Source of the DNA: an uncultured bacterium
Lineage (GTDB): Bacteria > RBG-13-66-14
NCBI GenBank assembly: GCA_964436465.1
Contig: CAYTCV010000002.1
Coordinates: 34,345-98,344 of the forward strand
Reading direction: 5' to 3'
DNA: 64,000 bases
The notes beneath the pieces were generated by a model. The model saw only the letters and a program-made list of their open reading frames with translations, made no database searches and was not told the DNA's origin. Made by a program: the position numbers and the translations under genes. Shown piece after piece: positions 1-8,564 of the stretch. Within the stretch, counting starts at the first letter, position 1; each line of letters begins with the position of its first letter.

Positions 1-1
1 G

Positions 2-637
2 AAGATATCCGCCCTGGCCGCCGATGCCCGGAAGGCCGGAATAGCGGTTTCGGTCGTCCCGGAGAGGGAACTGGTCCAAATCTGCCGCTCGCAGAGGCAT
101 CAGGGCGTGGCGGCCCAGATTGAACGGCTGACGTTCACCGTGGAGGACCTGGTCGAAATCGCCGAGGAACGCGGCGAGAAGCCTTTCCTCGCGGTGACCG
201 ACCATCTCGAGGACCCGCACAACCTGGGCGCGGTGCTGCGGACCGCGGAGTGCGCCGGGTGCCACGGCGCGGTCATCCCCGTCCGCCGCGCCGCACCGGT
301 CACGGGCACCGTCGTGCGGGCCTCGGCCGGGGCGACGGCCCACCTCCCGCTGGCCGTGGTCTCGAACGTGGCCCAGGCCGTCCGGCGCCTGAAGGAGCTG
401 GGCGTCTGGTGCATCGGGCTCTCCGGTGACGCCGGCGAGACCATCTACTCCACCGACCTGAAGGGACCGCTCGCGCTGGTGGTGGGAGCCGAGAGCCGGG
501 GGGTCGGGCACGCCGTGGAGCTGGCCTGCGACTTTTTGGCCCGCATCCCGCTCTTCGGCGAGGTCGAGTCGCTCAACGCCAGCGTGGCCTTCGGGGTGGC
601 CGCCTTCGAGGCGCTGCGTCAGCGCCGTGGGCTTTAA
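2..637 (+). CDS. rlmB: 23S rRNA (guanosine-2'-O)-methyltransferase, TrmH/RlmB family (5'-truncated by window edge)
   Basis: Frame is open from base 2 and includes the HQGV motif upstream of the listed ORF; SPOUT motifs DPHNLGAVLRTA, GAESRG, ESLNASVA. Confidence 0.9.
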   Translation, partial: KISALAADARKAGIAVSVVPERELVQICRSQRHQGVAAQIERLTFTVEDLVEIAEERGEKPFLAVTDHLEDPHNLGAVLRTAECAGCHGAVIPVRRAAPVTGTVVRASAGATAHLPLAVVSNVAQAVRRLKELGVWCIGLSGDAGETIYSTDLKGPLALVVGAESRGVGHAVELACDFLARIPLFGEVESLNASVAFGVAAFEALRQRRGL

Positions 638-656
638 AACCGAAAAAGGAGAAAAC

Positions 657-1859
657 GTGGCCGCGGATGACATTCGCTTCGCCGACCGGCTGACCGGTTT
701 CGGCCGCGAGACCGGTTTCGAAATCAAGCAGAAGGCCATGGCCCTGGAGTCCCGGGGAATCGACGTGGTCCACCTCGAGGTGGGGGAACCCGACTTCCCC
801 ACGCCGCCGAATATCATCGCCGCCGCCAAGGGCGCCCTGGACGCCGGGCAGACCCACTACGCCCCCAGCGCCGGTCTGCCGGCCCTGCGCGAGGCGGTGG
901 CCGAGCACGTCACCCGGATGTACTCCACCCCCGTGCGCGCCGCCGAGGTCGTCATCGCCCCCGGGGCCAAGCCGCTCATCTTCTTCAGTTTCCAGGCGCT
1001 GGTCAATCCCGGGGAACTGGTGCTCATCCCCGACATCAACTTCCCGGCCTACGAGGCCGCGGCGATGCTCGTCGGCGCTAGAATCGAGACTTACCCCCTC
1101 CTTCCCGGGAAAGGGTTCCGGCCCGATATGGATTGGCTCGCCGACAAGGCGGCCTCCGACAAAGTCCGGATGCTCGTCACCAACAGTCCCCACAACCCCA
1201 CCGGCGGCATGTTCACCGGCGAGGACTACGCCGGAATAGTCGAGCTGTCCGAGAAGCACGGATTCTGGGTCCTCTCCGACGAGGTGTACTCCTCCATCGT
1301 CTACGACGAACCCCACGTCTCGGCGCTCGCCTCCCCGGCCCTCAAGCCCCGCCTCATCATGGTGGACGGCTGGAGCAAGACCTTCGCCATGACCGGCTGG
1401 CGCCTGGGATACGGCGTCGTCCCGGAGCCGCTGGCCGGGAAGCTGGCGACCCTGACCACCAACTCCAACTCCTGCACCTGCACCTTCAACCAGTACGGGG
1501 CGTTGGAGGCGATAACCAACCCCGAGAGCTGGGACGCCGTGGAGCGGATGCGGCAGGAATTCGCCGCGCGCCGCGCGTACCTAATCCCCGCCCTGCGCTC
1601 GCTCGGCTGCCTGAAGGTGAGCGAGCCCAAGGGCGCCTTCTACGCCTTCGCCGACCTTTCGAGCCTGGGTATGCCGTCCAAGGAAATCAACGACCGCCTG
1701 CTGGAAGAGGCGCACATCGCCGCCCTCCACGGCACGGCCTTCGGCGCCGCCGGCGAGGGATACATCCGCTTCAGCTTCGCCAACAGCCTGGTGAACCTGC
1801 AGAGCTTCGTGGACCGTCTCACCGCCTGGGTGGCGAAGTACTGCCAGGAGTGCTCTTAG
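657..1859 (+). CDS. PLP-dependent aminotransferase class I/II (aspartate aminotransferase-like)
   Basis: Motifs GEPDF, NSPHNPTG, DEVY, SKTFAMTGWRLG (PLP lysine); GTG at 657 follows an AGGAG RBS. Confidence 0.9.
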   Translation: MAADDIRFADRLTGFGRETGFEIKQKAMALESRGIDVVHLEVGEPDFPTPPNIIAAAKGALDAGQTHYAPSAGLPALREAVAEHVTRMYSTPVRAAEVVIAPGAKPLIFFSFQALVNPGELVLIPDINFPAYEAAAMLVGARIETYPLLPGKGFRPDMDWLADKAASDKVRMLVTNSPHNPTGGMFTGEDYAGIVELSEKHGFWVLSDEVYSSIVYDEPHVSALASPALKPRLIMVDGWSKTFAMTGWRLGYGVVPEPLAGKLATLTTNSNSCTCTFNQYGALEAITNPESWDAVERMRQEFAARRAYLIPALRSLGCLKVSEPKGAFYAFADLSSLGMPSKEINDRLLEEAHIAALHGTAFGAAGEGYIRFSFANSLVNLQSFVDRLTAWVAKYCQECS

Positions 1860-1913
1860 GCCGTCGGGTCCGCCGGACGCACGTGTGTTAAAATCGTCGG
1901 GAACGAACGGGAT

Positions 1914-3773
1914 GTGGTTTTGAAACGACTCCTCTTCATATTAGTGCTCGCGCTACTCCTCCCCGCTGCGGCGCAGGTGCCGGTGGAGGCGCCGCCGCCG
2001 CAGGCGGAGGATGTGCTCCGGGAGGCCGGGTTCAAGCTGCCCCACCCCCGGGGGACCGAGCTGCCCGCTCTCTTGGAGGAGAAAGCCAAGACCTACGCCG
2101 AGGCCCACCCCACCGAAGTCGAGCCCGATACAGAGCAGAAGATTGAGAAGACCACCGAGGAGATGGGCAAGGCGCTGGGACCCATCAGCCAGCTCTTCGC
2201 CTGGCTCTCCGCCCTGCCGGGTTACTGGGAGTCTTTCCTGGTCGGCGCCGTGCTGCTCGTAGGCCTCTTCATCCTCTACGGCCTGGTGATGCTCGGCGTG
2301 AAGGGCATCATGCGCAAGCGGGGGAAGCCCGATTGGCGTCTGGCCCGTCGGTACAACTTCTTCCTCCGCATCCTCATGCTGTCCATAGGCGTTCTGGGCG
2401 CCCTGGTCTGGGTGGACGCGACCAAAGGCTGGTTCTACAGCGTGGTCACGTCCATCGCCAGTCTCTCGGCGGCCTTCCTCGTAATCAACATCTTCAGCTA
2501 CTTCATCCTGGAGCGCAGCCGGAAGAAAAAGCAGGGCAAGCCGATGCCCGCCCTGTTCCAGCAGGTCGTCCGCGGAATCGCATACATAGTCGCGGTCGTG
2601 GCCGTCGTCGGGACCGCGACGAGCCTGGACCTATCCGCGCTCCTGGCCTCGTCGGCGGTGCTCTCCCTGGTTTTGGGCCTGGCGCTCCAGGACACCCTGG
2701 GGAACGTCTTCGCCGGGATGAGCATCCAGGCCAGCAAGCCCTTCGAAATCGGCGATTGGGTGGCATTCAAGGAGTTCGAGGGCCAGGTGGTGCAGATGAA
2801 CTGGCGCGAGGTGCGCATCCGCACCTTCGACGGGGACGACGTCGTCCTGCCGAACAGCGTCGTCGCCTCCACGGACCTGTGCAACTACTCCCACCCCACG
2901 ACGAAGCACGTGGCCGACCTTTTAATCGGCACCAGCTACCAGGACCCGCCCGAGAAGGTCCGACGCGTCGTCCACGAGGTTCTGGATGACGTGGAGGGAA
3001 TCGAGCCGGCCCAGCAGTGCCTCTATCTCATGGATTACAAGGACTTTTCCATCGAGTACCGGGTCCGGTTCTTCATCTTCGATTACTCGCGGCTGCGCAG
3101 CGTGCGGGCCGAGGTGATGAACCGGCTCTGGTACGCCTTCAAGCGGGCGGGAATAACGATTCCCTTCCCCATCCGCGACGTTTACCTCCGCCAGGTGGAC
3201 GACCGGGCTCTGGAGGAGGGCACCCGGCGGGCGCTCAACCGCCGGGTCGAGATGCTCCGCAAAGTGGAACTCTTCGAGCCCCTGGAGCCGGAGGTTTTCG
3301 ATAATCTGGCCCGAGCCTTCAAGACCATGTTGTTCGCCCGGAGGGAGGTCGTCATCGAACAGGGGGAGTTGGGCGACACCTTCTACATGATAGGTAGCGG
3401 CCGGTTCGATGTCTTCGTGAGAAAGCCGAAGGCGAAGAACCGCTTCGGGGTCAAGGTGGCCGAGCTGGGACCGGGCAATTTCTTCGGAGAGATGAGCCTG
3501 TTGACGGGCGAGGCGAGGACCGCCACCGTCGTGGCCACCGAGGAGAGCGAGGTTTACGCCCTGGGGAAGGATGATTTCCGGGAGATTCTGCAGGGGCATC
3601 CCGAAATCAGCGCGCAACTGGCCTCGGCCGCCAGCGAGAGGGTGACCCAGAACCTGGCCCAGCTCTCGAAGTATCTCACCGAGGAGGAGCAGAGAACGAT
3701 GGGGGATAATGATAAAACGGACCGCATCCGCCGGGCGATTCTCGGTCAGATGCGGGAGTTCTTCGGGTTCTAG
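1914..3773 (+). CDS. MscS-family mechanosensitive channel with C-terminal cyclic-nucleotide-binding domain
   Basis: TM helices; LGLALQDTLGNVFAG...PFEIGDWV MscS signature; cNMP motif GPGNFFGEMSLLTGEARTATV. Confidence 0.88.
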   Translation: MVLKRLLFILVLALLLPAAAQVPVEAPPPQAEDVLREAGFKLPHPRGTELPALLEEKAKTYAEAHPTEVEPDTEQKIEKTTEEMGKALGPISQLFAWLSALPGYWESFLVGAVLLVGLFILYGLVMLGVKGIMRKRGKPDWRLARRYNFFLRILMLSIGVLGALVWVDATKGWFYSVVTSIASLSAAFLVINIFSYFILERSRKKKQGKPMPALFQQVVRGIAYIVAVVAVVGTATSLDLSALLASSAVLSLVLGLALQDTLGNVFAGMSIQASKPFEIGDWVAFKEFEGQVVQMNWREVRIRTFDGDDVVLPNSVVASTDLCNYSHPTTKHVADLLIGTSYQDPPEKVRRVVHEVLDDVEGIEPAQQCLYLMDYKDFSIEYRVRFFIFDYSRLRSVRAEVMNRLWYAFKRAGITIPFPIRDVYLRQVDDRALEEGTRRALNRRVEMLRKVELFEPLEPEVFDNLARAFKTMLFARREVVIEQGELGDTFYMIGSGRFDVFVRKPKAKNRFGVKVAELGPGNFFGEMSLLTGEARTATVVATEESEVYALGKDDFREILQGHPEISAQLASAASERVTQNLAQLSKYLTEEEQRTMGDNDKTDRIRRAILGQMREFFGF

Positions 3774-3790
3774 CGCGCGGACGATTCGAC

Positions 3791-3814
3791 GGGGCTCCCG
3801 GAGCCCCTTTTTTT
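3791..3814 (+). terminator. Intrinsic terminator between convergent genes
   Basis: GGGGCTC-CCG-GAGCCCC hairpin followed by a T run. Confidence 0.75.
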
Positions 3815-4793
3815 ATTCACCGCCCAGGAGCTCCAGCTTTCCCTTCAGGCCGTCGGTGGCGGTGTAAGCGAGTCCCTCTTCGGTCTCGTAAATCAGCAGC
3901 CCTTCCAGCTCGTCGTCGCCCTCCAGGAGCGCCATTCCCCTCTCCGGCCCCAGGACGAAGACGGCGGTGGCGTAGGCGTCGGCCAGGATGCAACTCGGCG
4001 CGGTGACGGTGACCGAGACGAGCCCCCGCGCGGGCCGACCCGTTTTCGGGTCGAGGATGTGGAAGTAGCGCACGCCGTCCGCGATGAAGTAGCGCTCGTA
4101 ATCCCCCGAGGTGGCCACCGCCCCGTCCTGCAGCTCCAGGACGGCGAAGAGCTCCCCCGGCTCCCGGGGGTGCTGGACCCCGATGGTCCACGGACCGCCG
4201 CCGGCCCGCTCCCCGAACGCGGCGATGTCCCCGCCGATGTTGACCAGTCCCGCCTCGGCGCCGGCCGCTTTTATAGCGTCGAGGGCCCGGTCCACGGCGT
4301 ACCCCTTGGCCGCGCCGCCCAGGTCCAGGGCGAAGCCTTCCGGTATCTCCGTGTCGTCCCCGGAGAGCCTGATGCGGCGGTAGTCAACGTGTGGAAGAAT
4401 TTTTGCGATTTCCTCGTCGCCGGGCACCCGCCGGTCCTCGCCGTTGAATCCGTAGGCCTCGATGAGGGGCAGGACGGTGGGGTCGAAGGCCCCGCCGGAT
4501 TTTTCGGCCACCTGGAGCGACACCTCCAGAACCTCCGCCAGTCCCGCGGAGACCCGCACCGGTCCACCGCCCGCCGCCAGGTTGAGCCGGTACAGTTCCG
4601 CTCCGGGAGCGTAGCAGTCGGCCCAGTCCTCCACGTCCTCCACCGCCCTCCGGGCCGCCGCGAGGGCGCTCTCCCCGCCCACGGCGGTCAGCTCCACCAC
4701 GGTATCCATGGCGAAGAAGTCGGCCCGCTGCTCGGCGGCGCAGGACAGAATGAGCGGGAGTATGAGGGGCGCGGCCCGGAGCAGGTTTTTCAT
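3813..4793 (-). CDS. apbE: FAD:protein FMN transferase (ApbE/Ftp), lipoprotein
   Basis: Lipobox LILSC; motifs AMDT, FDPTV, DLGGAAKGYAVD, ATSGDYER, HILDP, ADAYATA. Confidence 0.92.
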   Translation of the reverse strand: MKNLLRAAPLILPLILSCAAEQRADFFAMDTVVELTAVGGESALAAARRAVEDVEDWADCYAPGAELYRLNLAAGGGPVRVSAGLAEVLEVSLQVAEKSGGAFDPTVLPLIEAYGFNGEDRRVPGDEEIAKILPHVDYRRIRLSGDDTEIPEGFALDLGGAAKGYAVDRALDAIKAAGAEAGLVNIGGDIAAFGERAGGGPWTIGVQHPREPGELFAVLELQDGAVATSGDYERYFIADGVRYFHILDPKTGRPARGLVSVTVTAPSCILADAYATAVFVLGPERGMALLEGDDELEGLLIYETEEGLAYTATDGLKGKLELLGGE

Positions 4794-5215
4794 AAGGTGT
4801 CGGGGTCTCGGCCGTCGAGGGCGGCGTTTACGAGGGAATCGGCTAGGCGGTTCTTCTCCCGGGGGATGAAGTGGAAGCGGACGTACGTCAGCCCCCGCGC
4901 AAGGGCGAGCGCGTCGGCCTTCAGCCCGGCGAGGCGGGGGTCCTTCGTCCGGTACTCGCCGGTGAGTTGGCGAACGACGAGTTGGGCGTCCAGATAGACG
5001 TCCAGCTCGGCGAGGCCGAGCTGCCGCACGAGCTTCAGACCGGCGATGACCGCCGCGTATTCGGCGACGTTGTTCGTGGCGCGGCCGATTTTTTCCGCCC
5101 GCCGGAGCAGCTCATTCCCGTCCGCGTCGTAGAGTACGAGTCCGTAAGCCGCGGGACCGGGATTTCCCCGCGCCCCCCCGTCGGTGAAGAGACCGGCCCG
5201 TCCGCCTTCCATCAC
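4790..5215 (-). CDS. rnhA: Ribonuclease HI family protein
   Basis: FTDGGARGNPGPA, TNNVAEY, LDAQLVV, NRLADSL; acidic catalytic residues retained. Confidence 0.85.
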   Translation of the reverse strand: MMEGGRAGLFTDGGARGNPGPAAYGLVLYDADGNELLRRAEKIGRATNNVAEYAAVIAGLKLVRQLGLAELDVYLDAQLVVRQLTGEYRTKDPRLAGLKADALALARGLTYVRFHFIPREKNRLADSLVNAALDGRDPDTL

Positions 5216-5688
5216 CCTCCGAAGCGGGCGGTGAAGTCCGCCCGGCGGTTGTTCAAGAATACAACTGGGTCTACGGCTTCAGGGAGGGGAAAATCCCCGA
5301 AGAGCGCGGCCAGGCCGGAGGGCAACTCCCGCTGTAAGGCGTCGTAGTTGACCAGTCCCCGCCAGGAGCCGAGGAGCGTCCCCCCGGCGGTGTCGAAGAG
5401 GAGGAGGTCGACGGTTGCCCGGTCGGCGATGTAGCCGCAGTTGACGACGAGGAGTTTGTCGAATCCGTCCGCGCCGGCCGCCCGGGTCATCCCCGCCAGG
5501 TCGCCCGGCCGGATGCCCGACTCCGCCAACTCCGCCCCGCACCCCGCGGCGTCCAGCGCCCGTCCGAGCCACACCGCCAGGCCGCCGGAGAGCCACTCGC
5601 CGGGGTCGAGGGGGAACACGGCGGTGCCGCCTCCGTACGTTGATACGGCGAGGACGAGCAGGGCGAAGACTATGGTCAATCGCTGCAA
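5212..5688 (-). CDS. Hypothetical exported protein
   Basis: TTG start after GGAGGG; N-terminal signal-like hydrophobic stretch; 4-bp overlap with the RNase HI gene. Confidence 0.6.
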   Translation of the reverse strand: MQRLTIVFALLVLAVSTYGGGTAVFPLDPGEWLSGGLAVWLGRALDAAGCGAELAESGIRPGDLAGMTRAAGADGFDKLLVVNCGYIADRATVDLLLFDTAGGTLLGSWRGLVNYDALQRELPSGLAALFGDFPLPEAVDPVVFLNNRRADFTARFGG

Positions 5689-5801
5689 ATCGTTCGACCC
5701 CTCCGCGCTCCCGGGCGGGCAATTCCGGGGACAGGTAGACACCGGGGCGTTTGAGGGGCTATTATACCAGCCGACGGCGCAGTTCGTGAGCAGGTCTTGA
5801 C

Positions 5802-6929
5802 GTGAACCTCACCACCCCCCGTATGGGGCTTTGCCACATCGGCTACCGGCGCTTCCTGGAGGGCTTCGGCCACCGGGTCTTCATCCCGCCCCCCTCGACC
5901 AAGCACACCCTCTCCCTGGGCACGCGCTACAGCCCGGAGTTCGTCTGCTTCCCCTTCAAAATCATCATGGGGCAGTACTTCCAGGCGCTGGCGCAACATC
6001 CCGAGATTCAGGCCATCTTTACCTCCGGGGGTAGGGGCCCTTGCCGCGCCGGACTGTACGGTGTGTTGCACCGCCAACTCCTGGCCGAGCACGGCCACGA
6101 GCTGGAGCTCTACCTCCTCGAACCGCCCGTGGTCGAGAACATCAAGCGGATGAGTCCGGGGATGACCTGGTCGGAGCGAATCGCCCAGACCGTGTACGCG
6201 TGGCGCCTGCTCCGGGCGGTGGAGGAAATCGAGCGGGCGTCCCATTTCTACCGTCCGCGCGAGCTCCACCCCGGTTCGACGGACCGGGCAATGGACGCGG
6301 CGCTCGCGCGCGTGGCGAAAATACCCACCATCCACGACTACGACGGTCTGGTGGCGGGAATTCGCCGTTTCTTCGCCGGTCGCGTGCCCATAAAGAAGGA
6401 TTTCGAGCCGCTTCGCGTCGGAATAGTGGGGGAGATTTTCGTCGTCCTGGACGCCTTCGCCAACTGCGACATCGAGCGGACCCTGGGCTGCATGGGCGTC
6501 GAGGTCCACCGGAGCCTGTACGTCACCAAGTGGCTGCTGGGCGGAATCTACCGGAAATGGACCAAGCACCGCATCGCCCGTGCGTCCAGGCGGTTCCTCC
6601 AGTACTGGGTCGGCGGTGACGGGCGGGAGAGTGTCGGCGAGAGCGTCATCTATGCGCGGGAAGGCTACGAGGGCGTCATCCAGCTCTCGCCGTTCACCTG
6701 CATCCCGGAAATCGTGGCCAAGAGCATCTTGCCGCGCATCGGCGCGGTGACCGGCATGGCGGTGCTGTCCCTGGACATCGACGAATCCACGGGACGGGCG
6801 GGGCTGCAGACGAGGCTCGAGGCCTTCGTGGACATGCTCTGGCGCAAGAGCGGCCGGGAGTATCCGGAGGGCATCCAGTCCACGCCGCGTGCCGGCGCGC
6901 CGGTTCAGGTCAAGGCGACCGTGGCGTGA
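5802..6929 (+). CDS. 2-hydroxyacyl-CoA dehydratase / CoA-activase-associated family protein
   Basis: Motifs SPEFVCFPFK, TSGGRGPCRAGLY, GIVGEIFV, QLSPFTCIPE, TRLEAFVDML typical of this Fe-S family. Confidence 0.7.
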   Translation: MNLTTPRMGLCHIGYRRFLEGFGHRVFIPPPSTKHTLSLGTRYSPEFVCFPFKIIMGQYFQALAQHPEIQAIFTSGGRGPCRAGLYGVLHRQLLAEHGHELELYLLEPPVVENIKRMSPGMTWSERIAQTVYAWRLLRAVEEIERASHFYRPRELHPGSTDRAMDAALARVAKIPTIHDYDGLVAGIRRFFAGRVPIKKDFEPLRVGIVGEIFVVLDAFANCDIERTLGCMGVEVHRSLYVTKWLLGGIYRKWTKHRIARASRRFLQYWVGGDGRESVGESVIYAREGYEGVIQLSPFTCIPEIVAKSILPRIGAVTGMAVLSLDIDESTGRAGLQTRLEAFVDMLWRKSGREYPEGIQSTPRAGAPVQVKATVA

Positions 6930-7087
6930 AGCTCTACTTACGGCGCCGTGCCCGGAGGGGAGATACGGCTTTGCCTGTCCCTCGTGGGGGCGGAACTCCG
7001 TCCCCGCCCGAAAAGGCCGTTGGTAATTATTCGCGGGCGGCCACAGAGAATTCTTCCTGCGGGCCGCCCTTACGACGTGCGAGAGTT

Positions 7088-7260
7088 AAAAAAAGAAGGG
7101 CCCTTTATCCGGCCCATTTTGTTAATCATAAATAACCTGCAGGATGCAGTCCGCCGCTTTAAAAAAAGGGCCTCTTATATGGCCCATCTCGTTAATTGTA
7201 GATTACTTGAACGATGGATGTTTGCTCTATGAAAAAAGGGCCCCTTTGGGGCCCTTTTTT
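7088..7260 (-). repeat. Three diverged copies of a 70-bp unit, each carrying a terminator-like GGGCC..GGCCC hairpin
   Basis: An A run then GGGCC begins at 7098, 7168 and 7238; copies 1 and 2 share GGCCCAT-N3-GTTAAT at the same 70-bp offset. Confidence 0.7.
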
Positions 7261-7275
7261 GAACGGGTTTTCCCG

Positions 7276-7548
7276 TTAGCGAACCAGGTGCTTGAGCTCT
7301 TTGCCTGCGCGGAAGTTCGGAACCTTGCGGGCCGGGATGTTGATTTTCTGCTGGGTCCGCGGGTTGCGGCCGGTGCGGGACTTCCGCTGGGCGACGAAGA
7401 AGGTGCCGAAACCGACGAGGGTCACACGCTCGCCCTTCTTCATGGCGCCCTTGATGCCGTCGACGACGGCATTGAGGGCCTGGCCAGCCTGGCGCTTGGT
7501 GAGTCCGGTCTGGCTGGCGATGCGGTCGATAAGGTCTTGCTTGGTCAT
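7276..7548 (-). CDS. hup: DNA-binding protein HU
   Basis: MTKQDLI...LVGFGTF...RTGRNPRT...FRAGKELK; 90 aa from ATG 7548. Confidence 0.95.
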   Translation of the reverse strand: MTKQDLIDRIASQTGLTKRQAGQALNAVVDGIKGAMKKGERVTLVGFGTFFVAQRKSRTGRNPRTQQKINIPARKVPNFRAGKELKHLVR

Positions 7549-7695
7549 TTTTCCCCCTTGGGGTGGCGGCGCTTTCGCGCCTGTCTCGTTTTGTGGGAAC
7601 TTCGGCGCCCCGGTCACGTCTAATCGGAATCGGAGCTTACCGCATGTGAAACCTTGTTTAAAGCGCGTTTACGCTTACCCACAACTGACTGGCCT

Positions 7696-7725
7696 ACTAT
7701 AAACAGGCTTTCCAAGGCTTGTCAA
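7696..7725 (-). promoter_or_regulatory. Sigma70-type promoter for hup
   Basis: TTGACA-N18-TATAGT on the minus strand. Confidence 0.65.
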
Positions 7726-7951
7726 GGAAAAAATTACGAAAAAACCGCTCCCTCAGCCCTTTTAGGGGAATAAAGCCACCTCCGCTTCAAGGCTTGCAGT
7801 TGATAAGCCATAGTATATCAAAGCGTTATCGAGCATGAGCTTCAGAAATGCTTGCGTTGACTTTTTTTACGCCAAGCCCTATCATTGCTTGCTGATAAGG
7901 CCTTTTTTCGAGTTCCGGACGCGGTTTCGGCGGCCCGTGAGCCCGGCGGGA

Positions 7952-8380
7952 ATGAAGCACAACAGGTACAGCATCCGGTTGAAATCCGACCTCGAGGCCC
8001 TGGCGGGCATCAAGCGGTTCGTAAGCCGCGTGGCCGCCCTGCACGGCTTGCCGGGAACCGTGCGCGACGACATCACTCTGGCGGTTTATGAGGGCTGCGC
8101 CAACGTCATCGAGCATGCCTACGCGGACTCCCCGAAGCGCGACATCGAGGTGGAGCTGGAAATCCTCCAATCCGAGGCAATCATCTTCATCTACGACTCG
8201 GGCCGCACTTTCCGGCCTCCCGATAAATCGCCCGACGTGTGGGAGCTCATCGACCGGGGGGCCGACGGGGGATTGGGCCTGTGGATGATTCACAATCTGA
8301 TGGACGAGGTCAACTTCTACAACCGGGACGGCCTTAATGTCCTGGAGATGAAGAAGGTGTATAAACCCAAGCCGGTTTAA
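7952..8380 (+). CDS. Anti-sigma factor / Ser-Thr kinase, RsbW/SpoIIAB-like (HATPase_c)
   Basis: N box EGCANVIEHAY, G1 IYDSG, G2 GGLGLWMIHNLMDEV; ATG 7952 preferred over the longer ORF. Confidence 0.85.
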   Translation: MKHNRYSIRLKSDLEALAGIKRFVSRVAALHGLPGTVRDDITLAVYEGCANVIEHAYADSPKRDIEVELEILQSEAIIFIYDSGRTFRPPDKSPDVWELIDRGADGGLGLWMIHNLMDEVNFYNRDGLNVLEMKKVYKPKPV

Positions 8381-8564
8381 AAAGCCCCGACCCGCGGCAG
8401 TCCGGCGGTTTCCATTCCGACGGCGCGTCGCGGACGTACCGCCCTGGCGCGTCTTTGCGGGAGCTGGCACGGTTCGTGATAGTCTTTGAGGAGCATTAGA
8501 GTACCCGAACGCCCGTATTCCGGGGCGGGGATTTGATTTACCGTTAACCTGAGCCCCCACCGCC

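Noticed and set aside
7088-7260. CRISPR array (70-bp period)
   Set aside because: The repeats are not identical and the would-be spacers resemble each other, as expected for a tandem duplication.
7549-7695. c-di-GMP-I riboswitch in the hup leader
   Set aside because: A GAAA tetraloop hairpin is present but the other GEMM consensus elements are not.
8464-8480. Sigma54 promoter upstream of the HD-GYP gene
   Set aside because: TGGCACG matches -24 but the -12 element is GTGA rather than TTGC.
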